Source: Monocercomonoides exilis PA203
Lineage: Eukaryota; Protista; Preaxostyla
NCBI GenBank assembly: GCA_001643675.2
Contig: LSRY02000007.1
Span: 930,001 to 994,000 of the forward strand
Length of the DNA: 64,000 nucleotides
Reading direction: 5' to 3'
Translations under genes and position numbers: made by a program
Shown: positions 27,101 to 35,000 of the stretch, piece by piece
Layout of the letters: each line of letters starts with the position of its first letter
Numbering within the stretch: the stretch's first letter is position 1
Notes under the pieces: generated by a model
Told to the model about the DNA's origin: nothing
Databases searched by the model: none
The model's input: only the letters and a program-made list of their open reading frames with translations

Positions 27101-27437
27101 CTTTCTCAGCAGAAATAAAGTTCAATTTCTCCATCTTCAATGAAGCATTTAATGCTTTGAAACTAGTAACAACAGAGCATTCAACCATATGAAAATTCAT
27201 TTTTTCAACATTTGATAATTTTTGAAAATTTCTTTCTGTCGATATTTGTTGATGTTTCTGTGAAAAGAACAGTTTCCTCCAGTAAAATTTTTCATTATCC
27301 ATTCGTAAATCATTAACTGGAACTTTGCAATTTTTTGAAAGATGAAACAGTGAAACTTTTGCACATGCTGAAGTTCCGCAATCGCACGTAATCCACAATA
27401 TGATGAAAAGTTTCAGACAGATAACCGTTGAATACAT
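15192..27437 (-). CDS. Giant (4081 aa) intronless type I membrane protein: repeated pectin-lyase-like beta-helix ectodomain, one TM helix, cytoplasmic kinase-like C-lobe remnant
   Basis: A 12.2 kb uninterrupted ORF with a hydrophobic N-terminus, eight D/N-xxx-CG-xxxx-PC-xSI/TI-type modules and many GG(A/G)(I/V)(Y/F) beta-helix motifs. TM is IWSLIVIIMGIVLMIVLIVSIILAA followed by RWRKQKRR. The tail contains LRWKAPE..SFSIGMMLWECLTLQIPF..IVNGERP. Confidence 0.9.
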   Translation of the reverse strand: MYSTVICLKLFIILWITCDCGTSACAKVSLFHLSKNCKVPVNDLRMDNEKFYWRKLFFSQKHQQISTERNFQKLSNVEKMNFHMVECSVVTSFKALNASLKMEKLNFISAEKAHAAIVESSSFLELRTVKTVFASNEYKNIFICNESSLYFNNISVIAFEASGLRESLVTFASSQDAIHHSSKSTVLEIKKHCSLSVENSIFSSFLHLSENPFLASSDADRVIVNQCIFQNISSEVKKMHCSQQEPQPSHTFLFNSMFTKVDIPFYGGIVLTLCNEHSLTSDNCSFLSAQNTKNLSQKISINGNSNCFVHNCLFKDLRSGTSGAAVQYSGSGIFNVTDCDAVNCLGDHCGAFGSWGSAESHLLRCTATNCSANAFGGGTLMNGGTISNMQDNNYTNCSTKTTNGGGLHHRTGPSSPNDVIIRCYFFNCTNKGGGGNAGGGGMWIGETNGTKIIECCCYQCLATNSIGGGIGLSYPASGENGEQSPILSFCFFKNNSGINGGNDVSVGSEWKSTITKDCFNHCYSSSELNHVIIFDGIAQNEWIPFAAFPNIHINQSGTDNDLCGNLTIPCKTIVYSLNKWNRWENQLFILSPNSFSAQNIQVEGKTYEFEGNLNTLNMQNTVFESTTRSGGSLFEIYSDKLRVRRIVFKIPHPPFSSTLFRTNADGDAILDIQNITVIQQSSSLENSVFILLSGIVICESVVIDTLTTQDHSIIKMESSCVSLSANDSVFKNTNCKKGNGSIINSVVGSSSQILLTGCNFSNCSCSGGSGGCCFFRMMLGGQVTLGLHNMEMSSCYAEGTENNHGFGGGVFMDIRDGVCDFKFCEMKFQSCTATKGGNCIFVEAKKMRDALIKERIDFNYSGMSDQDLEGFEDGYYGEAIPLIPYLLTFSSPAYVGGTKSRDFTACGFNNYPCSTIEMTVRLRFPASRRFISLFEEYVFSKDIELNDYNWDIRCDKKSTINLLPFEELNCSTLITCKIDCQLTNIIFSVPLTKSENVNCMISIEAGTFLMSYCGLKMSNEQECLNCRVFAVTSGSMKMYEFEASSIRIEGNPLIFLEGNDARYEADQMLLTNVSTINCNGIIEVSDKASLHIKNSIFSSPLEAVNSCVLFCESSSSIELVNNTLSNISRSDCNGGAICVSIIDRSSLCIDECTFSFCASNRGNGGGIWVNLLEGSSLEIGNSSSNKNNGQMINCEASEDNQEAFGLGGGIYLDIKEGSGLFSFDKLLFDSCNARHGSNVFVSAQNLSEKINNMTLKFQLNTLGFHSVEGFENATTGDIFAIPLLVFLWNNFSFPVHVGGSASGDFSKCGHYEVPCSTIEHAVLLRCGEESRDIELHHPFSFDHELKLDRYPWKISISDEEKRICVMRNEEVRQQGIIETSVKTTMKNLHFQVSSTLENYASLILCVESSLSLIDCRIFCSEREMDVHSSFLIVQSGISSLENFVIDGINFNGASGFIIENDGTFLMNSSSIQEYTSTEKGIIEFSFGKEIAIEGCNFSFVETRKGDGSVIKCSVGNEASAIFSSINASSCETDEGNGGVIAAELQEGSTFACGRIDTTTNIQKCASREKNLIGGNGGGIWISINSETCTVKMTSIEFGVGEEGNIATNNGENIFLLGEDLTKLSIDQWIKLNVSTNPEDHSKYIGKDRSRMQIVPIVSFMHEWCKPAFVGGTEEFDYPTCGFYFYPCSSIQYAVSTRFGNERADLTLLKQFKFKDCINFDSKPIYINGENEGLEIEVMGTIEGIGNGLLEINIPVAVSEIGFSLPSQFNKPSINTIFLCETSTLTLENSFVSTKDENVMYCFIKVMGGILTIRKFEIGPIVFKSSSVIVFEGTESNGNMTEMDFKEVQIIEGNSLVWMRNGIVNLTNCTMQKSIQQDDNGVTIEEGCSVEMENNTFSQMKRDRGNGGVVNCVVGNGKTVRIENCTFSNGSTGSGERGGGLFLNIKESSSFLFNRNDINWCFTPSESGYGGGIYVRFDVMLKNYSMKNLSFRENVAWRGKDIFVVCAAPRIVINPLLWNGTSSETEDEDARRRLWVVDDEPALLIDRSLFYYLYPTTDETLFVDKSGSAEENCGFEDTPCINVELGLKKMNEEKLTIQIQREAELNGIIHRNGSSLTIRGNQTKVRMEIDQNGHLELTNGTLNTGLTLSKLQVGVPENSKESELLAVCIGLASITNCEFLILARSYSSTNVQIASVKGGELHMTDTLIHGISFTAKKGALFVENANMLIELTSFRNITSESDSLIAGYVESIITLKMVDLDECKLIKGSICSVGKGNIEITNSSGFSGFEKTSRDGGMLRFEGKSQNKMFLKNTSVENFKLDGENCKGGGAFLILDDDYNNCFQFSNVTFANNSASFGGDLFVSCNDLNSTIISERFLLELFDEFGSQIISMAGMDKASYSESPVDLYMLLVKRVSDCVYVSQINGIDVQGCGELLTPCSTIWSGIDHLSDSVTEENPKVVLLDFGIVKECYDLQKKISIIGEKEDEDSICEISVDDTLPTEARESIINTKQRFEMERLMINIPSMFASNPTFLLQSTDNFIGFTNCSFACHAKDCIKYGLVRKINGEIKMKMCNISCLCFESTPFVFSSSVILNECHVDEVESPTCQDGGVLHINLSQSQTASLNKTYFTNCQCSTIFGKGGAAFIRCNESEFSLPFYFNSSFFDSNCAFIGMNVFILSFDLNTSVMSNSFAFDWNSLKGENNLFVGSDKVHEEVDLFLFLDKFQNECIRISSGGYDVMRCGDDNFPCRSFWKGYYQLKESTNQKKIVIEGETKVENSFDLRNITIESSDAFSKTEKIGKLSFGFLQEGIESYLLNYGSSNFVLIKFEISQEVDSVASSLITNKNGELVVESCSLGCFIEFYTIFYCSFCCIYGGYANICDFTVESMNVGKGLIIVDSSSFGCLIDGTRLLSLNVSSSSLVEFRNSDEMDGIRKSNNIGTVKLEIGNCLISNVIEKDNEACVLSTNTPYGVELKMNGSVIEDAKAINSQEGGVVYFRLNSGGLFRMENSTITRSCCSDTGYGGGVYLESQLTDKLNFLFYKMIFSGNTGGFGRDVFVSCVNIANQVNESHFMFDLREDHFIRQNAIFGKDITEYINVVDLLDFITIFQADTIIVSSFETNNGSNTRQCGSHSLPCLSIDYGINHLTNDYLSRMIVDTKSFINGEISLEEMTLSSKTKNQAEVQIVPITLCEKENIIRTINSVSIEYIKFIICNSLNATHNSLISPENGKVELFCCSFVGKGNEPKSNIIFPFPVIILKTGDCIMNNCSIENLEFKYQLLMADSETSLIMNACYIQNVTSKQSPIESYLALVTISSTRISNVLVKNDDINSIISVTTSPRFIVENCSLTDDSVLFLLTAINCMDTKIESGLFEGNLFSKSEKEKLFQNSRIKELCQWNESIVELVNSTVKMKDLIIKDSEKGGVNIEKGDVWISKSEFINNGAGAEKYPSARKNIACSGNGVLFVESLKGGDGAKENSSLWIANSGCSLQGVADERMSALFIPVVESVEIKADAWAGDKGEEREAIVRGQVLMPCNLWMRVEKWIGTNDAAIWHEVIEESGYVSEREVRGKVRWQNLGGEDDFAEVRIGIEFGEIGESGARQHTECFVVKNRSQHQASGDGILSEGGKKESSIWSLIVIIMGIVLMIVLIVSIILAARWRKQKRRTEELEEIVNDTVKKDPKAFEMVTMEMSPEGQWRRAEREAEKKNEERIKKRVYENSLGHSESSEHLLSESGSTEYILGRDSDNIPEWALEKVDEKEVEEETRKRSPSPSISSTSTTDSDSTFVRGEDLCPTTSSMSNLVDAIACSSVFEKLIVDLRDSLFMLLHGRNEKKEMAIGTLKEREHTAAQVLFWVANGALHSFENEEDELSSLANLSPHIVLFSEHMIICIAKHSDFSSDDSDSSSISSTSTIITSSSDFSSANRNGRGSPPPSSAFEDEDDNRKECLRWKAPELQMKKKMGATKESVSFSIGMMLWECLTLQIPFGEYEAVVAGQKIVNGERPDMKGVSGNTFEAVVKSCVSERGCERVELNVLKREFIQHFPAGTVMVTMSDAIGYNELSEEEELSVSAEARKLVESMNK

Positions 27438-28064
27438 CTTATGGGAAGCATAGGCATAACTTTCAGTAGCGTCTTTCTTTCATGCAAGTGTTTGTTCTCA
27501 GAATAATCCAAGTTTCATCATTTCCTCATTGCAGCATTTACAATAAAATTAAACACGATAAAATATTTGGTAAATATGATAAAGTGAAACATAGAAATTA
27601 TTTTTTTGAAAAAAAAAAAAAAAAGAAAGAAAATTCAAAATAAATGCTTGTTTTATTGTATTTTCATTTCATTTTCATTTCTTTAAATCATTTAAAGTTT
27701 TTTAAAACACAAGCAAATTGAAATTATGAAAAATAAAAAATATCAAAAAAAAAGATCACTTAACGTTTTAATCTTCTCGTATAATATGTAACATACTTTC
27801 AATTGCGAAGGGTGATTCGTTTCTAACACTTCATAAAATTTTATGCAGTTTTTTAATGTAGACTTTTTAAAAAAAAATATCGGCTTATTCCATTCAATGC
27901 TCTAAATATTTTTGGAAAGTTGAGAAAAAGTAGCAGATTCTTTTGTAATACGTTCCTAAGTTCAGCGAGCATTAACTTTTCTTTCATTTCCTAATGTAAA
28001 CAATCTTTTTGACTTCAATGGAAAAAGTTGCTGCTCATTTAAGGATTCTCATAAAATTATTTTG

Positions 28065-30550
28065 TCAATCAAAATGAATCTTTTTATCTGTTTTTGATAA
28101 TTCATCATCCGCATTTTCATTGAAATTCGACTTTTTGCAGTAATTGTTCGCAAATTCGTGTCTTTGAAAATGCTTATTCCTTATATTTTCATCTTTAATT
28201 TCACAGCAGATCGCTCCTGCGCATATTGCAATGAAGAAGCTCGCTACAATTAAAAGCATTAAAACAAGAACAAGCAATTGATGATTGCGAATCCAACTCT
28301 GTAGTCGCTGTTCAGAAGAGTCTTGGTTATTTATCAAAAACGATTCATTTCTTTCAAATATTACAGAATTCAAAAAAAAGGCAAGATGTCTATCAAAATC
28401 GAAAGTCGCAGAACTCTCATTGATAATGTCTTTTAAAGAATGGTGGTCATTTTCTTCACCATTTTCTTTCTCAACACTGTTCTTTAGATGATGATCCCAA
28501 CTTGTGCAAAATAAATTATCCATCTTCCACAATTGATGTGTTGTAACATTATATAGATAAATGAATGCACAATAGCTTTTATGAAATTTTCCAGATGAAA
28601 TTCTTAAAGAGCTGGCTGGAATATATTTGAAAAAGCTTGGTAACTGTCTATCATTTCTGTTCAGAACAGAAAAAACCAGAGATGAAGAAATTTCTTTCAA
28701 TCCTTTAATTTCATCATATTTATTAATAATTATTGCACTATTCGGCAAAGGTGTATATGGATATGAAATTTGCATAGAAGCTCTTTTGAATAACTCTATT
28801 TCTTTCTCGCAATTTAACACTTTAAATTTCCCCGTTGAAGAGCATTCAGAATGCAAATTCGATGAACTACAAGATAAGTCATAGTCACTTTTGTGATCTT
28901 TGGTGCACGAAAAAAGAACAATGTGTTTATTCCGAGCTTCCGCCCATTCTTCAACTGAATATGTGAAAGGTGCAGCTGGAGGATATAAAAACGTAAAAAC
29001 AAATACGGATATCAACTCACTTAATATCGGTTTCATTTGTTCAATCTGCCATCCTGATGTTGTCCCTTCAAAAATAGATTGAAAAAGAGAAGATGCCTCT
29101 GGTACGTAAAATTGTTCATGCTCTTTTGTTTCATTTGTAACAATAAAATCATGACCAACTCTTTCTTTAAGAAAAATGCATTTCTTTGAATTGTTGTTCG
29201 CTAGAGCAATTAAATTTTCCTTCAGTGGCAATGCAGGCGAAGTTGAGGTTCTAAAATAACGCGTATGAGCTCGCTTCGAAGTTGTGTCTGTAAAATGTTG
29301 TAAGTTACTCATTAAACGGGATAGTTGATTGTAAAAATTGCAGTAAGATTCAAATTGCTGAATATTTTTAGTTTCTTCAACTGTGCCTTTTCTTTTTGAT
29401 TCATTTCCTTTGTTTTGCTCATTTTGATCGGCTTCATTATTTTTTCCATTGAAATCAATGCTAGAGCCATTTTTCAATTTTGGTAGATTTTTGAATGAAT
29501 TAATTGGGAAAATATGAACGTATTCGAAATCGCTTGTTGCAGCAAACAGAAGAAAACTTTCCGTTTCGTTCACCCAACGAGTTACATCTGAAAGGTTGAA
29601 TGAAGTGTTGAATATGTTTCCTTCGTCGACTTGGCAGCTTCTGCATTTTTGAATTATTAATTCCATGAAAAAATTGATTTTTGAAATTGATGATGAATCA
29701 GAAGAATTGCTTCCTAGCTCCGTTGTGTTAACAACAATAAAACGAGAAGGAGAAAATCTGTAATGTTTCGCAACGATAGAAAAAGCATCGATTGCTAAAT
29801 TTTTGTGAGATAAATCTTTGATTGTCGAATTGTTTTCATTTGCAAAAGCTTTTCCTGCTCTGTTTTCCTCATTTTTCATAAGAAATTCCAACGAGTAATT
29901 GAAAGAAGCTGGATTCTGTAAAAGGAAAAAGTTGTTGTAACGAAGAGAATTTAATTTTTCATCGTTATGATTTAGTTGGTCAATAAGCTTTGAAAAACAT
30001 AGATTTGATTGAACGGAAGGTTCAATTATTTTCATTATGAATTCATTAAATGCTTCGAATGTGCGTGCTTCTGTGTATTCCACAAGTGGTTGCCCATTTT
30101 CGATGATCAAAAACGTTGGAATCGCTTTTATGCCATATTTCTTTTGAAGTTTTTTCTCTTTTGCACAGTCCACAAATCCAAATTTTATTTCCGAACCATA
30201 TGTATCACTAATGTTGCTCATTAATATGTGTGAATATTCACATCCCTTGCATCTATTTTTCATAAGAGTCAATTATTTAACAATAATCAGATAGCAAACC
30301 TTCTTGAAGAAAAATTCTCAAATTCCCAAATAAAGATTACAAAACCAATAAAATAGGAAAAATGACAAAATATGGTCAAACAATTCTTTTGAAAAAGGAT
30401 CAAAATTATATGTTTAATACAATAATTGAAATCAAACATCCACAGATCTGAAATCACCAGAGTATTAAAATTGTTATACGTTAAATTTATAACTTCAGAG
30501 CAACACGTATAAACAAGTGTCATAGCAAAAATCAATTTCAATACTCTCAT
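28065..30550 (-). CDS. Membrane-anchored thioredoxin/PDI-family (TMX-like) protein with a CKGC active site; exons 30550-30438, 30385-30382, 30316-30300, 30252-28065
   Basis: Signal peptide, then EVINLTYNNFN, spliced DLWIINFSSRRCKGC, and FGFVDCAKEKKLQKKYGIKAIPTF..EYTEARTFEAFNEFI (thioredoxin fold with cis-Pro motif). C-terminal TM helix and a tail ending KIHFD. Confidence 0.85.
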
Positions 30551-30730
30551 TTCAAAGGGTAGCTAATAAAATTTAAAGATTTCTTTTAACAATTATTTAA
30601 AAATGGGCAAATATCAAAAAAATAATATAAAACAGTTAAAATCGTTTGATAACTTATTAACATAAATAAAAGAGGTAGTCAAGTAATGCACCCATAAGTT
30701 TACATTTTTAGGGGAAAAGAGCAATTTTTC
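30551..30730. promoter_or_regulatory. Putative bidirectional promoter between divergent genes
   Basis: 180-bp AT-rich gap between ATG 30550 (-) and ATG 30731 (+). Confidence 0.5.
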
Positions 30731-31694
30731 ATGGAATCAGCTTCGTACACGAATAGCCAGCCCATCGCCTCTAGCGGCTATAGTATGAGCTATTCTCAAC
30801 CTATTGTCGCTGGTCAGACTCCTCAAATGTATACACAAGCTCCACCTCAAACTTCAAATCCAAAGAGCAACGGGGCATCTGCTCTTGGAAATGTTGTTCG
30901 ATTCCTTGCAATGATAACAGGACCTCTTTTAATGGCTTTTGGAATTTTGAGGATTGTTTATGTTACAGATTTTCGTCTGACCAGTCTATTGATGTCGATA
31001 TACATATTGTTTGAACTAAATTGATAATTTCTCAGTTATAAATTTCGCATATTTTTAACGAATGTTTATTAGTTTTTTTGGAGGATTAGTGTTTTTCGCA
31101 GAATTTAAATGGAACAAATTTCTCGTGAAGTTTCCATTTATGATGACAAGGAGATCTCGATCACTTTTTATTGCATTGTTTGCACATTTAGTTAATATGC
31201 ATAAATATATTCATTTTTTCAATTTTCTCGCTTATAAGTTCCGGAACTTTTTGTCTTGGTTGGAAAATCGGGAATGAATCGTGGCCTGGATATGCAAGTG
31301 GAATTTGGTGCATTGTTGTGGGAATAATGTACTTCTTGTTACCATGCTTTGTTGACGATCCTGATGAAGAAGAATTGAAGGAAGTTAGTGATTTTCCATT
31401 TTTTCAAGAAATACTGGAATTATTTCTCATTATTAATGTTTTTTATTTAAAATTTTAAATTTCAATTTTGTTTTGTGTTAGCAATATTCAACATCGTTTG
31501 AAAATGGGCAAACCGCATATCCTCCTGTTGTGAGTGGGGCTGGATATGGAAATTCCTATGCGTATGCTGGAGTTGGAAGTTCAGCATACGATGGATCAGC
31601 TTTAAATTATGCACAGGTCAGTAGTACAAATGATTATGGAAATGGAACTTATCCAAGTTCTTCGGTCAATGGAAGCTATACAACACTTCAATGA
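30731..31694 (+). CDS. TVP15 / COPI-associated Golgi membrane protein; exons 30731-31008, 31073-31177, 31239-31383, 31482-31694
   Basis: Three GT-AG introns restore the frame. SIYIFFFGGLVFFAEFKW..FPFMMTRRSRSLFIAFSGTFCL follows the COPI_assoc pattern, with about four hydrophobic helices. Confidence 0.75.
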
Positions 31695-32049
31695 GAGTAT
31701 TTTTTTTTTACTAAAATAGAAATTTTTTTGTCCAATTTTTGTAATAATGATGAGCACATCACTTTTCTTTGATGCTTATTTTTTTACTTTGTTTCTATTG
31801 ATTTTATTCAATGAAATAATATTATTCTTTCTATAATTTTGATCGTTTCCAATATTAAACTTTGTTGGTAAGACGCTTTCTTTGAAAGTCTCTTTCTTTG
31901 TCTACTATTTTTAGTATTTAATCGGCATTGTCTTAAAGTGAATTGAAATATAAAATTACAATTATTAAGACAATTTTTATAGAGTAGGTTTGCAAGATTT
32001 AAATTTAAAAAAAAATCAGTAATCTAATGTTTTGCTTCAGAAACAAAAA

Positions 32050-35000
32050 ATGAATAATAATTTTGTTGATGCTCCATACGCATATGAAGATATTGATCTT
32101 GGAGAGCAGTTTATTCTTTTTGATTCAAAGCCACTTCTTCAATTTTCTCCAATCCAACCAGAAACTAATCTGCATAAGCCTCCTTCGCATTGGCTTCAAA
32201 TAAATAAAAGACAAGAGAGTAAAATACTTGTAAATGATGCAAGCGCGGAGCCATCTGAAGTGAATTTGTCTCATGGGGACCAATCATTTTTAATTAGGCA
32301 GTCACATCAACTTGCCCTTCAAAGTGTCCCTTTGTCGTTGCTATCAAGGATCTACAATCCATTTGTTAATGTATCTTCTGACATTAACACTGTTTCTTTC
32401 ATATCAGCTTTATTCTCGAAGTCTTCGATGTTTTTACCAATTTTTTCTGCTCTTTCTTCGTTGAAAACTGACTCATCCTCATCTGCAATTTCTTTGACGT
32501 CATCGACAATAATTTCGGCCATTTGTTCTCTTATTCCGTGCAATGATTTTAATCAAGATTCTCGAAGTGGAAATCCATTTATTGACTGCAATTCAGCTTC
32601 ATCTGCAAAAACTTTGCATACTGTTCTATCTCATGTTGACCTAATTGCTTCTGCGACTGCAATAAAGCAACTGTTTTTCTTTCCATTTCTTTCAGCAACT
32701 GGGTCTGTTATTGTGGTGAGGATCGGATCGCTTCTGTTTGTATGCGATGTGCCGTTTGAGGTGAGCGTGATTGAATATATCCAAAAGACGCTTCAGAAAC
32801 GGAGGGAAGAACGCATACGGCGACGAATAGAGAGGCGGCAGGAATGGAACGAGCAGCGAGATAATCGAGAGAAGATGAAGCGAGAAAGGGAAAACGATGC
32901 AGAGCGAGAGAAAGACAAAGACAAAGACAAAGACAAAGCCAGTGACGAGGAAGGAAGCAGCGGAATTTCTAATGGAAGAGCGAAAGATTCAATGGGAAAG
33001 GAGCAAGAACAAGAGCAACAACAAGAATGGAGTATAAATCAGAGTCAGAGTCAGAGCCGGAGCCAGAGCTGGAAGCAGAAGCGCAAAGACCGAAAGCGGA
33101 GGAGCCGGTTCAGCAAGCGAGAAGAGCGGCAGGACGAAGCGCAGCTGGTGGCAGGGCTGGAGCCCGGGGCGAAGATGATGGTGATGTGGTGGATGGAGCG
33201 GGAGAGGAAGCGGAGGAAGCAGGTGAAGGCAGGGCGAAGGCACTTGCGGAGGAAGAAGGAGAGGTGCTTGATTCGGATGGAGACGGAGAAGAGAAAGAAG
33301 GAGAATGAGGATGAGAAGGAGAAGGAGAAGGAGAAGGAGAAGGAGAAGGAGGAGAAAGAGAAAGAGGAGAAGGAGAAGGAGATGAAAGGGATTGGAAGTG
33401 TGGTTGCTGAAACAGATAAAGAAGGAAATGAAGATGAAGACATAGATGCCAAAACAAAGCAGAAAGATAGCAGAGATGCACAAAAGAAGCGGAAACTGAG
33501 TAATTCTTCCAGTAATCACACACCAAAATGGAGGATGATGAACCATCTTGCGTGGAAGTGGAAGCGGAGAGAAGAAGAAAAGCAGAAAAGGAGAGCAAAA
33601 GAAGAAAAAATTCGAAGGGCGAAATTGAAAGCTGAGGAAGACAGGCTCAGAGACGGGGGAAGCCGAGCAAAAATCGGAGAGAAAGGAGGAGAAGACGAAG
33701 AAGACGAGTCATTTTCTTCGTCTTCGTCTTCTTCCTCTGCTTTTCTGGTATCGTCTTCTTCATCCAGCACTTCTCCAGACGCCTCTTCTGTTTCTGTCTC
33801 TTCCTCTCTGTTTCCTGAGCCTTCTTCCTCTTCTGTTGACTCGTCCTCTTTGTTCGACGACCCTGACTTCATTTCTGTCTGCTCTCGCGCCTCGTCGTCA
33901 CCAGCTAGCAGCCCTTATGCGAATTACTCGGCTTCTTCTGCTTTTCCTTCTCCTTCTTCGATGCCTTCCTCTTCCTTTAGACCTGGTCCAAGATCTTATG
34001 TTACATCGTCATCTTTATCTCCATCATTATCTCCTTCTTCCTCCTCTTTCTCCTCTTTCCCTTCTTCCTCTTCCTCTTCCTCTTCCTCTTCCTCTTCTCA
34101 TCCACCTTCATCGTATTTATCCCCCTATTCCCCACTCGCCCCACTTCCTGTCTCTTTCCCCAGAAGAAGCCGGAGGCAGCCGAGATTCCAGGCAGATGAC
34201 AAAGGAGAAGTGCATATACTGACAAAAGGGAGAATACAAGATATGAGAGAAAACATAAAAAACTCTATGTTTGAGGATGGATGTGAAGCAAATAGAAGAA
34301 AGATGTATTTCAATGGGCAAAGATGTGATGATGAGTTTGAAAGGAATGTTGATTCGTTTGCATTCAGTTCTGAAGGAAGTGGAAAAGGAAAGATTGTTTC
34401 GAATGCTTCAAATTCTTCTTCTGCTGCTGCTGCTTCTTCAACTTCTTCTTCAACTTCTTCTTCTTCTGATATAAGCAAACCTTCTCATAGAAATGTATTG
34501 AAGAGTCCAAAACAAAGTGAGAAAATGAATGGCTCATTGACTTTTCCTGCAACAATCGTTCGGACTGCTGCTTCCATTGTAGATTCATCATCGTCTTCCT
34601 CTTCTTCTTCTTCTTCTTCCTCTTCTTCTCTTCATTCTTCTTCATTATCATCATCATCCTCTTCTTCTTCTTCAGATACATCAGAGCCCTTGCTCTTACC
34701 CTCTCGTATCGACACTCCTGTCTCACCATTCACATCTCCTCTGAATCTTCTGCCTTCTTCCAATCCTTCTTCTTCCTCCTCCTCCTCCTCTTCCTCTTCT
34801 CCTTCTATTTCTTCTTCAGCTTATCATCAGTTCGAAACCGTCCCCTCTCAAATGCTTCCTCCACGTGGAAGATTCATTCCAATATCATCTTCTATTTCTT
34901 CTTCTATTTCTTCTTCTTCTTCTTCTTCTTCTTCTGCCAACACAACTCCTTCACAAACACATTTGCGTTTTCCAAATCAATCATCAATTGCATCTCCTTC

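Noticed and set aside
15196-27192. Plus-strand ORFs overlapping the giant gene
   Set aside because: Antisense shadows with no independent motifs.
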